A stretch of DNA of 64,000 nt from positions 191,205 through 255,204 of the forward strand of contig CAVZJB010000014.1 of assembly GCA_963775425.1 (NCBI GenBank), given 5' to 3'. A program made the position numbers and the translations under genes. Of the stretch, positions 1 through 9,182 are shown piece by piece. A model generated the notes under the pieces. That model did no database searches and had not been told where the DNA came from. It was given only the letters and a program-made list of their open reading frames with translations. This DNA is from an uncultured delta proteobacterium (lineage in GTDB: Bacteria > Myxococcota > UBA727 > VGSZ01). The first letter of the stretch is position 1. Every line of letters begins with the position of its first letter.

Positions 1-148
1 TGTCGACGGCGACGACGGGGATGCGGTGGTCCTCATGCACCAGCACCTCGAGGCCGTTGTCGAGGACGAAGCGCGTGTACGGGATGCTCGGCTCGGCGGG
101 CCCCTGCGAGAGCGCGCCGAGGAGGAGGAGAGGGGCGAAGGCGATCAT
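1..148 (-). CDS. M16 family (pitrilysin-like) zinc peptidase, N-terminal part; runs off the left edge
   Basis: Manual translation from ATG at 148: MIAFAPLLLLGALSQGPAEPSIPYTRFVLDNGLEVLVHEDHRIPVVAVD. Signal peptide plus the typical 'L.NGL.V.V.EDH..PVV' M16 N-terminus. Not in the ORF track. Confidence 0.8.
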   Translation of the reverse strand, partial: MIAFAPLLLLGALSQGPAEPSIPYTRFVLDNGLEVLVHEDHRIPVVAVD

Positions 149-243
149 GGCGCCGGACCCTAACCGCTTTCGGCTCCGCTCGCCGCACCCCCGTGCGCGA
201 CGACGGCGTTGGCACCCGCGGTCGCGGCCGCTATGCACACGCA

Positions 244-1572
244 ATGGCACCCACCGTCGACCTCTCGCCGCTCGCCTCCCTCTACCAAAAGCACATCGAG
301 CACCTCGTGGCGCGGTACGCCAAGGTCCTCGACAAGCACGGCCTCGACGCGGCCGTCCTGCACACGGGGACGGCGCAGCAGAAGTCGGTGTTCGACGATC
401 AGTACTGGCCCCTCGTGGTGGTGCCCCACACGCGGCACTGGCTCCCGCTCGCCGTCGCCGACTGCGCCGTCGTCGTCGAGCGCGGCAAGAAGCCCACGCT
501 GCTGCTGAACACCGCGCGCGACTTCTGGGAGGGGCCGGCGGAGTCGCAGAGCGATCACTTCTGGAGCGCGTTCGACGTCAAGGAGCTCAAGGGCCTCGAC
601 GCCGTCAAGGCCGCGCTCCCCCAGGGCCGCCGCGCCTTCGTCGGCGAGAACCGCGCGCGCGCCAAGGAGTGGGGCTTCTCGGAGGCCGAGACCGCCCCCG
701 CGTCCCTGTTGCAGGATCTCGACGCGCTGCGCGTGCACAAGACCGACTACGAGCTCTTGTGCCTGCGCGAGGCCAACCGCCGCGCGTGCCTCGGCCACGA
801 GGCCGTGCTCAAGGCGTTCGTCGACGGCGACCACAGCGAGCTCGAGCTGCACCTCATCTACCTGAAGGCCACCGCGCAGGACGACCCCGAGACGCCGTAC
901 AAGAACATCGTCGCGCTCGGCGAGCACGCGGCCACGCTGCACCACGTGAGCTACGGCAGGAAGCAGACCGGCGCGCAGTCGCTGCTCCTCGACGCCGGCG
1001 CCGGCTTCTGCGGCTACGACAGCGACATCACGCGCACCGCCGTCAAGGGCAAGGGCGCCGCCGCCGACGCCTTCCGCGGCATCGTCGCCGGCGTCGAGAA
1101 GCTGCAGCAGGAGCTGTGCGCGCGCGCCAAGCCCGGCGTGCCCTACCAGCAGCTCCACAACCAGAGCCACGAGCTCCTCGCCGAGGTCCTGCGCGGGGTG
1201 GGGCTGAGCACCGCCAGCGCGCAGGAGCTCGTCGATAGCGGCGCCACGCGAAAGCTGCTGCCGCACGGCCTCGGCCACAGCCTTGGCATCCAGACCCACG
1301 ACGTCGGCTGCCGCAACATCGACCCCGAGGGCAGAAACCCCTTCCTGCGCAACACGTCCACGGTGAGCGCAGGGCAGGTCTTCACCATCGAGCCCGGCTG
1401 CTACTTCATCCCGTCGCTCCTCGACGAGCTGCGCGGCGCGCCCGTGGCCAAGCAGATCGACTGGAAGCTCATGGACGCGCTCGTCCCCTTCGGCGGCGTG
1501 CGCATCGAGGACGACCTCCGCGTCGTCGACGCGGGGACGGAGAACCTCACGCGCACGTTCCTCACGGCCTGA
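244..1572 (+). CDS. pepQ: Xaa-Pro dipeptidase (prolidase, M24B)
   Basis: Motifs LLDAGA..GYDSDITRT, PHGLGHSLGIQTHDVG, FTIEPGCYF, GGVRIEDD. ATG at 244. Confidence 0.92.
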   Translation: MAPTVDLSPLASLYQKHIEHLVARYAKVLDKHGLDAAVLHTGTAQQKSVFDDQYWPLVVVPHTRHWLPLAVADCAVVVERGKKPTLLLNTARDFWEGPAESQSDHFWSAFDVKELKGLDAVKAALPQGRRAFVGENRARAKEWGFSEAETAPASLLQDLDALRVHKTDYELLCLREANRRACLGHEAVLKAFVDGDHSELELHLIYLKATAQDDPETPYKNIVALGEHAATLHHVSYGRKQTGAQSLLLDAGAGFCGYDSDITRTAVKGKGAAADAFRGIVAGVEKLQQELCARAKPGVPYQQLHNQSHELLAEVLRGVGLSTASAQELVDSGATRKLLPHGLGHSLGIQTHDVGCRNIDPEGRNPFLRNTSTVSAGQVFTIEPGCYFIPSLLDELRGAPVAKQIDWKLMDALVPFGGVRIEDDLRVVDAGTENLTRTFLTA

Positions 1573-1585
1573 GCCGCCCGCGCGC

Positions 1586-2875
1586 TCAGGGGTCGAACGT
1601 CGTCGCCGGCACGGAGGTGGCGGCGATGCCGTTGTCGTCGAGGACGAAGGCGCGGCCGCCGGCGGTGAGCGAGTCGGGGCCCGTGTACTGGTAGCCCGAC
1701 TCGATCAGGTCGTAGGTGTGGTCGCTGTTCTGGTTCCACGACCACGCGATCCAGCCGATGCCGAGGTCCTGGAAGATCTGCAGCGCCTCGTGGGTGCGGT
1801 AGCTGACCTGCGAGTCCTGCTCCCAGCCGATCTCGCCGGCGATGAGGGGGACGCCGGCGTCCTTGGCCGCCTGCATCTGCTCGCGGATGGACCAGGGCGC
1901 GCCGTCGGCGCCCCAGGAGCCGACGTCGGTGGCCTCGCTCGTGCGCCAGAAGCCGTACATGTGGATGGAGAACGCGGTGTTGTGCTCGGGGTCGGCGTCC
2001 TCGATCTGCTGCCACCTGGCGAGCACGGTGTCGATGTGCTGCCCGCAGCCGCCGCCGGCGTCGAGCAGGATCATGTTGTGGACGCCGCCGGCGCGCAGGC
2101 GCTGGATGGCGGTCTCGTACGTCGAGGCCCACACGTTCGCGTCCTGCGGCCCCCACTCGTTGGCGATGTTGAGGATGACGCTGGCTTCGTAGTCGTTCAG
2201 CCAGCTCACGTTGGCCGGGTCCAGCCACATGTCCGTGATGGACGCGATCTGCGCCGGGTCGGTGCCGCAGGTGGCGCCGTGCTCCTCGACGATGACCGGC
2301 ATGTGGTTGGCGGCGTAGCGCGCCACCACCTCGCGCTTCTCGGGCGGCGTGTCGACGCCGAAGCCCGGCCCGAACACGGCGCGCACGATGTTGGCGCCGG
2401 TCTTTCCGAGCTCGTCGACGGCCAGCAGGTTCGCGTTCTGGTCACCCCACCAGTGGGTGTGGTTGATGCCGCGAGCGAGGAAGGCGTGGCCGTTGCCGTC
2501 GTAGATCTGCCCGTCCTTCACGAAGAAGCCCGACGACAGCACCGACGCCGGCGGCGTCACCACCGTGGGATCCGTCGAGGGTGGCGGGTCCGTCGACGGT
2601 GGCGGGTCCGTCGAGGGCGGCGGGTCCCTCGACGGCGGCGGGTCCGTCGAGGGCGGGTCCGTCGCCGGCGGCGGATCGGTCGCCGGCGGCGGGTCGGCGG
2701 GGCTCGTCGCCGACGGATCCGGCAGCACCGGCCCCACCGCGACGCGCGGGTTGCGCTGCAGGTGCGGCTTGCCCGAGCCCCGCAGCGAAGACGACGCGGC
2801 GTCTCCGCCGGAGCCCGCGGACGGGGCGCAAGCGGTGACGACGACAAAAAGAGCGATCAGTGCGAACCGGTGCAA
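1586..2875 (-). CDS. GH5 glycoside hydrolase (beta-mannanase/cellulase-like) lipoprotein with Pro-rich linker
   Basis: GINH, NIANEW (acid/base Glu), SIHMY and IAGEIG (nucleophile Glu), W.AWSW. Lipobox VVTAC. TTG start at 2875 preceded by GGAGG. Confidence 0.85.
   Translation of the reverse strand: MHRFALIALFVVVTACAPSAGSGGDAASSSLRGSGKPHLQRNPRVAVGPVLPDPSATSPADPPPATDPPPATDPPSTDPPPSRDPPPSTDPPPSTDPPPSTDPTVVTPPASVLSSGFFVKDGQIYDGNGHAFLARGINHTHWWGDQNANLLAVDELGKTGANIVRAVFGPGFGVDTPPEKREVVARYAANHMPVIVEEHGATCGTDPAQIASITDMWLDPANVSWLNDYEASVILNIANEWGPQDANVWASTYETAIQRLRAGGVHNMILLDAGGGCGQHIDTVLARWQQIEDADPEHNTAFSIHMYGFWRTSEATDVGSWGADGAPWSIREQMQAAKDAGVPLIAGEIGWEQDSQVSYRTHEALQIFQDLGIGWIAWSWNQNSDHTYDLIESGYQYTGPDSLTAGGRAFVLDDNGIAATSVPATTFDP
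2561..2700. repeat. 18-bp tandem repeat encoding (S/A)TDPPP linker of the GH5 protein
   Basis: About 7 imperfect units of gggtccgtcgagggcggc. Confidence 0.8.
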
Positions 2876-3013
2876 ACGAGCATCCTCCGCCCCCTCCTGT
2901 GCGGGGCGGACCGTAGGCGCGCGATCTCGGGCGCGTCGACGTGGGAATCGTCGCACACGACTCCGTGAGCGAGGCCGCTGCGCGCCCTCGCCGGACGCGG
3001 AGAGCGGCGCCGC

Positions 3014-4981
3014 TCAGATGCCGAAGCGGTAGCCGAGGACGACGCCGGCGCCGACGGGCGCGCCCACGGCGGCGAGCGGGAAGGTCAGGCCCCAGCCCGC
3101 GCGCCCGTCGAGCTCGAGCAAGCCGGGGCCCACGCGATACGCGAGGCCGGCGACAGCCTGCGCGGCGGCGCCCGGCAGCACGCTCCGCTGCTCGTCGGCG
3201 GCGCCGGCGTCGTCGACCTCGTCGGTGATCACGAAGCCCGCGCCCGCGCCGAGGTGGAGCGCGAGGCCCGGCGCGAGCAGCGGACGCCAGGCCGCCTCCA
3301 CCAACAGCGGGAACGAGCGGTGATCCACGTGCGCCGGCGCCGCCACCGACTGCAACACCGACACCGAGAGCCCCGCGTGCACGGCCCCGCCGAGCCCCGG
3401 CAGCCGCACCAGCAGCGAGAGCTCCGGCCCCGCCTGCAAGAGCGCGCCGTAGTTGCTCGCCCCCTCGAGCCCAGCGCCGACCAACAGCCGCGCGCGCGGC
3501 CGCGGCACCGTCTTCACCGTGGTGTCCGCCGACAGCGCGCCGAAGGCTCCCCGCACCTCGACGAAGCCCGCGCGGTCCGCCGGCGCCGGCACGAAGCGCG
3601 CGCGGTACAGCGTGCCGTCGACGGTGGCGGCCACGAGCTGGCCCGCTGCGCCGTCCACGGCCATCGCCGCGCCCGTGGGGACGAGCGGGTTTCCCACGGC
3701 GTCCACCGCGCGCAGGTGGAGCTCCACGGAGCTCCTGCCGTCGGCGACGACGGCGTCGGCGGGATCGAAGCGCAGCCGCGCGGGCTTGCCCGGCAACAGC
3801 GAGATGCGCCGCGTGCCGAGCACCGCCCCCGACGACGCCCGCGCCGTGAGCGTGGCCGCGAGCGCGCCCTCGTGCGCGGGCAGCCGCGCCGGCACCACCC
3901 ACGCGACGCTGCGCGCGTCCTTGCCCGCGGGCGACACGGAGTCGATGCGGCCGAAGTCGACGTCGACGCTGGCGGCGTTGGCGGGAACGGCGTTGCCCGC
4001 CTCGTCGAACAGCCGCAGCTCCACGTGCACCGTGCGCGGATCGTCGGCGGTGAGCACCTTGGTGCGGGTGTCGAGCGACGCGCGCGCCGGCCGCCCGGAC
4101 AACAACTGCACCGCCGCCGTCGCCGTGGAGCCGGGCGCGTCCACGAGCGACACGTCGATCTTCGCCGTGCCGCGCGCCGCCTTCCCCGGGTGGAACAACA
4201 GCTCGAACATCCCGGGCGACAGCGGCACGGGCTCCTTGGACACCGCGCCCGCGCTCGCCTTCGTCTCGAGCTTGGCCTCGTACAGAGGCGCCCCCTTCTT
4301 GTCGACGGCGAACACCAACAGGCGCGCCTCGCCGCTGCCGTCGGCGGCGGCGACGTCGTCGAGGGCGACGACGGCCAGGCGGTTGAAGGTGGGGACGTCG
4401 AGGTCGATGACCTTTTGCGACTCGTTGCCGACGTCGTCGACGGAGCGCGCCACGGCGTGCTCGGGGCCCGGCGGCACCACGATGGGCACGCTCGCCTCGC
4501 CGGCGTCGCCCGCGGTCACGGGGCCGAAGCTCTCGTTGCCGATGAACACCGTCACCGCGCTCCCGGGCTTCGTCTTGACCGTGGTCCGGCCCTTGCCCCA
4601 CAGGGGGAGCGGCACGAAGCCCACCGCCGTGCCGGTGGCCGTCTCGAGCGTGGCGGAGACGATGGCGACGTGCGGGAACGCCTCGCCCGGCGGGGTGAAG
4701 GTGGCCGTCCAGGTGCCGGGGCCCGTGCGCCGGGGCGGGCCCACCCTCCCCGTGGACGCCGACAGCGTGGGCGCGGCCACGTCGAGCGGCCCGCCCGAGG
4801 GGGTCTTCGCGGCCAGCTCGAGGGTGACGCCGTGCGCGTCGCCGAGGACGATGCGCGGCTCCCGGACGGTCCAGGTGAAGGCGTCGACGTCGAGGCCCCG
4901 GGGCGCCGACACGGCCGGCGCGGCGGCCGCGAGGGACGCGGCGACGGCGGCGCAGATCCGAGCACGAGCACAGCGCGGCAA
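3014..4981 (-). CDS. Secreted protein with invasin/Ig-like repeats and predicted C-terminal outer-membrane beta-barrel
   Basis: Signal peptide, repeated 'ADG.S...L.L.A.D..GNP' Big-like motifs, and alternating-hydrophobic C-terminal strands ending GYRFGI. Confidence 0.65.
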   Translation of the reverse strand: MPRCARARICAAVAASLAAAAPAVSAPRGLDVDAFTWTVREPRIVLGDAHGVTLELAAKTPSGGPLDVAAPTLSASTGRVGPPRRTGPGTWTATFTPPGEAFPHVAIVSATLETATGTAVGFVPLPLWGKGRTTVKTKPGSAVTVFIGNESFGPVTAGDAGEASVPIVVPPGPEHAVARSVDDVGNESQKVIDLDVPTFNRLAVVALDDVAAADGSGEARLLVFAVDKKGAPLYEAKLETKASAGAVSKEPVPLSPGMFELLFHPGKAARGTAKIDVSLVDAPGSTATAAVQLLSGRPARASLDTRTKVLTADDPRTVHVELRLFDEAGNAVPANAASVDVDFGRIDSVSPAGKDARSVAWVVPARLPAHEGALAATLTARASSGAVLGTRRISLLPGKPARLRFDPADAVVADGRSSVELHLRAVDAVGNPLVPTGAAMAVDGAAGQLVAATVDGTLYRARFVPAPADRAGFVEVRGAFGALSADTTVKTVPRPRARLLVGAGLEGASNYGALLQAGPELSLLVRLPGLGGAVHAGLSVSVLQSVAAPAHVDHRSFPLLVEAAWRPLLAPGLALHLGAGAGFVITDEVDDAGAADEQRSVLPGAAAQAVAGLAYRVGPGLLELDGRAGWGLTFPLAAVGAPVGAGVVLGYRFGI

Positions 4982-5061
4982 GCGGCGCTAATCTATCTCC
5001 GGCCGTGGGGGCCGCCGAATTTCCGCGCCGGAGCGTCCGGCGCACGACACACGAGGACGAG

Positions 5062-5508
5062 TTGGTTCACGTTCGCCGCGCAACCACCCCGGAGCAGTTG
5101 GCCGCGTGCCTGCAAATCCGCCGCGTGGTGTTCATCGAGGAGCAGAGCGTCCCCGAGGCCGACGAGCTCGACGACCTCGACGCCGTCTGCCGGCACTTCC
5201 TCGCGGCGCCCGGCAAGAACAGCCCCGCCCGCGAGGCCGTCGGCACCGCCCGCATCCTCTTCCTCTCCGACGGCACCGCCAAGGCGCAGCGGGTGGCGGT
5301 GCTCAAGGAGCACAGAAAGAGCGGTGTCGGCGCCGCCTTGATGTTCGCCCTCGAGGGCGAGGCCGCCCGCGCCGGCCTCGCCACGCTCGTGCTCGGCAGC
5401 CAGTTGTCGGCCGTGCCCTTCTACGAGCGCCTCGGCTACGAGGCGTACGGCGACGTCTTCGTCGACGCCGGCATCGACCACCTCATGATGCGCAAGAACG
5501 TGTTGTGA
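5062..5508 (+). CDS. GNAT N-acetyltransferase (ElaA/YjcF-like)
   Basis: IRRVVFIEEQ, VGTARI, RVAVLKEHRKSGVG, FYERLGY, DAGIDH. Start is approximate (TTG after GAGGA). Confidence 0.88.
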   Translation: MVHVRRATTPEQLAACLQIRRVVFIEEQSVPEADELDDLDAVCRHFLAAPGKNSPAREAVGTARILFLSDGTAKAQRVAVLKEHRKSGVGAALMFALEGEAARAGLATLVLGSQLSAVPFYERLGYEAYGDVFVDAGIDHLMMRKNVL

Positions 5509-5979
5509 CTAGCGGGCGGTGACGAAGCGGGCGATCTCGCCGTCCGTCGGCGGCCGGCCGCACGAGGCCAACACGCCGATCCAGTGATCGGCGCCGAGCG
5601 CGCCGTCGTAGATGCGCCGGGCGGCCCGCTCGGACAGACCGTGCGCGCGGGCCTGGCGGAGAAACCAGGCCCAACACGCGCGCTCGGCGAACAGCCCGAT
5701 GCCGAAGGGCACCGACGCCACCACCGGCGCGAGGATCCCGAGGATCAAGCGGCCGTGCACCACGAGGCCGACGCCGACGACGGCCGCGGCGGTGAGCCCG
5801 AGGCCCGACAACTGCATCCACCCGCGCGCCTTGTCGAGGCGCAGCCGGGCGCGCACCAAAGACGCCACCAGGCGCTCGTCCGCCTCGTGCGCCTCCAGCT
5901 CCCGCAGCGCCCCCGAAAACGGCGCCTGCCAGGTGGAGGCGGCCAGCGGCGCGACCGGGAGGGCGGGAGGTGTCGGCAC
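5509..5979 (-). CDS. Hypothetical membrane protein (2 TM)
   Basis: C-terminal 156 aa of track ORF 5509..8061 has two hydrophobic segments and fills the gap downstream of dnaA. GTG start inferred. Confidence 0.55.
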   Translation of the reverse strand: MPTPPALPVAPLAASTWQAPFSGALRELEAHEADERLVASLVRARLRLDKARGWMQLSGLGLTAAAVVGVGLVVHGRLILGILAPVVASVPFGIGLFAERACWAWFLRQARAHGLSERAARRIYDGALGADHWIGVLASCGRPPTDGEIARFVTAR

Positions 5980-6032
5980 CCCTTGAGGATAGCGAGGGCG
6001 AAGGGCTCGTGCCCGTTCGCCGGCGAAGGACG

Positions 6033-7670
6033 TCAGGCGAAGAGGGACTGGGACAGGCGCGACAACACGGCCTGGACGCCGGCGTCGCCCTCCTTGAGCA
6101 GGTCGATCTTCTTCACGCTGGCGAGGACGGTGGTGTGGTCGCGGTCGCCGAAGCAGCGCCCGATCTCGGGGAGGCTCCGGCCGAGCTGCTGGCGCACCAG
6201 ATACATCGCCACCTGGCGGGCGCGCGTCACCTGCCGCTGCCGCGAGGGCCCCGTGAGGTCCTTGCTGCGCAGCCCGTAGTACGCCGCCACCACCTCGATG
6301 ACGCGGGCGACGGTGACCTCGGCGCTGCGCGTGGCGAGCACGGGCCGGAGCTGGTCTTTGGCCTGCGACAGCGTGATCGGCTCGCGCGTGATGGAGGAGA
6401 AGGCGGACAGGCGCACGAGGGCGCCCTCGAGCTCGCGGATGGAGGTGGTGATGTGCGACGCCAGGTACTCGGCGACGTCGAGCGGCAGGGCGCAGCCGAG
6501 GGTGTGCGCCTTCTGTTCGAGGATGGCGATGCGCGTCTCGATCTCGGGCGGCTGCACGTCCGCCACCAGGCCCCACTGCAGCCGCGTCTTCAGGCGCTCC
6601 TCGAGGCCGGCAATCTCGTGGGGGTAGCGGTCCGAGGTGACGACGATCTGCTTGTGCGTCTCGTGCAGCGCGTTGAACGTGTGGAAGAACTCGTCCTGCG
6701 ACGCGTTCTTGCCGGCGAGGAACTGCACGTCGTCGATGAGCAGCAGGTCGCAGCCGTCGCGGTAGCGCCGGCGGAACTCGTCGAAGCGGCGCTCGTGGAT
6801 GTCGTGGATGTACTCGTTCACCCACTGCTCCGCCGACAGGTACACCACGCGCATCTGCGGGTGGCGCTGCAGCGCCTCGTGCCCGATGGCGTGCAGCAGG
6901 TGCGTCTTGCCGAGGCCGGTGCCGCCGAAGAGGAACAGCGGCGAGTAGCGGGCGCCGGGCAGCTCGGCGACGGCGGTGCAGGCGGCGAAGGCCATGCGGT
7001 TGGAGGGGCCGGTGACGAAGGCGTCGAAGCTGTACTTGGGGTTGAGGCGGCTCGGCCGCGCGCGGCCCTCCCGCGGCACGAAGGGCACCACGGGCGCGGG
7101 GGCGCGGCGGGCGGCGCTCTTGTGGGGCGCGGCGTGGGGCGCGCTGTGGGGGCCGGTCTGCGGCGCGGCCTGGCCCCCGTCGGCGGCGGGGGCCTCGGCG
7201 GCGGGGGCCTCGGCGGCGGGGGCCTCGGCGGCGGGGGCGGCGTCGTACACCGCGGGATCGTGCTCGACGACGACGCGCACGGGGCGGCCGGCGACGGCGG
7301 CGGCGATCTCGGCGAGCTCGGCGCCGTAGTGATCGCGCGCCCAGTCGCGCGCGAAGGCCGACGGCGCGAGGACGACGAGCTCTGTGCGCCCCTGCGCCGG
7401 CTGCACCAGCGAGCGCGGGCGCAGCGGCTCGAGGAAGCCCCGGAAGGCGAAGAAGGACATGCGCTGCGCCATCCGCTCGAGCACCGCGCCCAGGAGCCGG
7501 GCCGCCTCTCCGGCGCTGTCGTCCGCCGGCGTGGGCACGCCCCGGGGGGGTGTGTGCTCGGGGGCGTGCGGGTGGCTCTTCTTGGGCGTCAACGCGGCTC
7601 CGAACGGCTTCAAACGACACACACCCCCGAGCGGAGCGCGGGCCCCGCGCGCGAACGCGCCGTGTTCCAT
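6033..7670 (-). CDS. dnaA: Chromosomal replication initiator DnaA
   Basis: LNPKYSFDAFV, Walker A GGTGLGKTHL, LLIDDVQF, QDEFFHTFN, IRELEGAL, domain IV SLPEIG..FGDRDHTTV. True start may lie downstream of 7670. Confidence 0.97.
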   Translation of the reverse strand: MEHGAFARGARAPLGGVCRLKPFGAALTPKKSHPHAPEHTPPRGVPTPADDSAGEAARLLGAVLERMAQRMSFFAFRGFLEPLRPRSLVQPAQGRTELVVLAPSAFARDWARDHYGAELAEIAAAVAGRPVRVVVEHDPAVYDAAPAAEAPAAEAPAAEAPAADGGQAAPQTGPHSAPHAAPHKSAARRAPAPVVPFVPREGRARPSRLNPKYSFDAFVTGPSNRMAFAACTAVAELPGARYSPLFLFGGTGLGKTHLLHAIGHEALQRHPQMRVVYLSAEQWVNEYIHDIHERRFDEFRRRYRDGCDLLLIDDVQFLAGKNASQDEFFHTFNALHETHKQIVVTSDRYPHEIAGLEERLKTRLQWGLVADVQPPEIETRIAILEQKAHTLGCALPLDVAEYLASHITTSIRELEGALVRLSAFSSITREPITLSQAKDQLRPVLATRSAEVTVARVIEVVAAYYGLRSKDLTGPSRQRQVTRARQVAMYLVRQQLGRSLPEIGRCFGDRDHTTVLASVKKIDLLKEGDAGVQAVLSRLSQSLFA

Positions 7671-7993
7671 GTTCCTCGACGACGAGGGAGAGTCTTCCTA
7701 GCAGACGCCCGATTTTTCTTTCAAGGACCATCTCGCGTTTTTGCAGAGACGTCGACGTGTCGCGCAGTTGCGTCCGGATCTTCACGCGTCGCCTCGTGCG
7801 TGCCGGCGCCGAAGACGCGACCGTGGCGTCGATCCGGGCGGATGTTTCGCGCGGCGCGTGCGCCTTTCGCCCCCGCGTGATCCGGGGGCGATCCGGCACC
7901 CGCCGGCGCCCGGTGCGCGCCCGAGCGTGCCGATCCACCCTCGATGCATCGTGAAGATCTGCGCGCGGGGGCCCGTGGCGCGCGGGCGGTCCA

Positions 7994-8022
7994 TTGACAA
8001 GCGGCGCCGACCTCGTGAGGGT
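7994..8022 (+). promoter_or_regulatory. Putative sigma70 promoter of rpmH-rnpA-yjgA
   Basis: Perfect TTGACA at 7994-7999, 70 bp upstream of the rpmH start. The -10 element is weak. Confidence 0.45.
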
Positions 8023-8063
8023 CGGGCCGTTCTCCATCCCTCGTCGCGAGACGTGGAGCATTT

Positions 8064-8222
8064 ATGGCCAAGCCGCTTCGCACCTACCAGCCCTCCCGCA
8101 TCAAGCGCATTCGCACGCACGGCTTTCGCGCGCGCATGGCCACGCCCGGCGGCAGGAACGTCATCAAGCGTCGCCGCGCGCACGGCCGCCAGAGCCTCGC
8201 GCCCACCGTCTACGAGAAGTAG
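8064..8222 (+). CDS. rpmH: 50S ribosomal protein L34
   Basis: Manual translation [52 protein letters not shown] (RTYQPS..KR.R.HGFR.RM signature). Divergent from dnaA, upstream of rnpA. Not in the ORF track. Confidence 0.97.
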   Translation: MAKPLRTYQPSRIKRIRTHGFRARMATPGGRNVIKRRRAHGRQSLAPTVYEK

Positions 8223-8245
8223 CGCTCTCGAGCCGCTGATCGCCG

Positions 8246-8650
8246 TTGCGCCCCTCGTCGATCGACCCGGAAGGCCTCCCGCGGGCGCGCCGGCTCCGTC
8301 GGAGCGCCGACTTCAGCCGCGTCGAGCGGCAAGGTCGCCGCGCGTCGGGCGCCTTCGTGACCGCGATCGTGCGCCAGGGCGGGGGTCGCGTGGGCTTCAC
8401 GGTCTCGAAGAAGGTGGGCAACGCGGTGGTGCGAAACGCGGTGAAGCGGCGCCTGCGCGAGATCGCCCGGCACCACCAGGAGCTGTGGCGCTTCCGGGAT
8501 CTGGTGCTCGTCGCCAAGCCGGAGGCGGCGGGCCGGTCGCTCGCGGAGCTCGCGGCCGACGTGCTCGCCACCCTGCACAAGCTCGACGAAGGCGGCGCAC
8601 GGCCGCGAGGGAGAACGCGTGACAAAGCGCGTGAAGAAACGCCGCGCTGA
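8246..8650 (+). CDS. rnpA: Ribonuclease P protein component
   Basis: RLRRSADF, RVGFTVSKKVGNAVVRNAVKRRLREI. Follows rpmH. Confidence 0.95.
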   Translation: MRPSSIDPEGLPRARRLRRSADFSRVERQGRRASGAFVTAIVRQGGGRVGFTVSKKVGNAVVRNAVKRRLREIARHHQELWRFRDLVLVAKPEAAGRSLAELAADVLATLHKLDEGGARPRGRTRDKAREETPR

Positions 8651-9173
8651 CGACGCGCTCGTCCCCGACGAGGCACAGCTCAACCGCGAGCTCGTCGACG
8701 ACGAGCCGCCGCCGCGCGAGTCGCGCGGGGACAAGAAGCGGCGCGCCGAGCAGCTCGAGCGCCTGGGCGAGAGCCTGGTGAAGCTGCCCCCGGGCAAGCT
8801 CGCCCGCGTGCCCATGCCCGACGACCTCGACGCCGCGGTCCACGAGGCGCGGCGCATCCTCGACAAGGGCGCGCACGGCGGCTACCGCCGGCAGGTGCAG
8901 TTCATCGGGCGCATCATGCGGACGCTCGACGCCCAGCCCATCGCCGACGCGCTCGAGCGCATGAAGAGCGAGGACGCGCCGTCATCGGCGGCGTTTCGCG
9001 CGGCCGAGCGCTGGCGCGATCGGCTGATGGCCGAGGGCGACGCAGCGCTCGAGGCGCTCGTGCAGGAGAAGCCCGACGCGGACCGCACCCGGCTGCGGCA
9101 GCTCGTGCGCGCCAGGTCCACGCGCGTGCTCTTCCGCGAGGTGAAGGCGCTGTTCGATCCCCCGGCGCCGTAG
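8619..9173 (+). CDS. yjgA: Ribosome biogenesis factor YjgA/DarP (DUF615)
   Basis: K..AEQLERLGESLVKL, RRQVQFIGRIMR, ERWRDRL, DRTRLRQLVR. Confidence 0.88.
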   Translation: MTKRVKKRRADDALVPDEAQLNRELVDDEPPPRESRGDKKRRAEQLERLGESLVKLPPGKLARVPMPDDLDAAVHEARRILDKGAHGGYRRQVQFIGRIMRTLDAQPIADALERMKSEDAPSSAAFRAAERWRDRLMAEGDAALEALVQEKPDADRTRLRQLVRARSTRVLFREVKALFDPPAP

Positions 9174-9182
9174 CCCGGCGGC

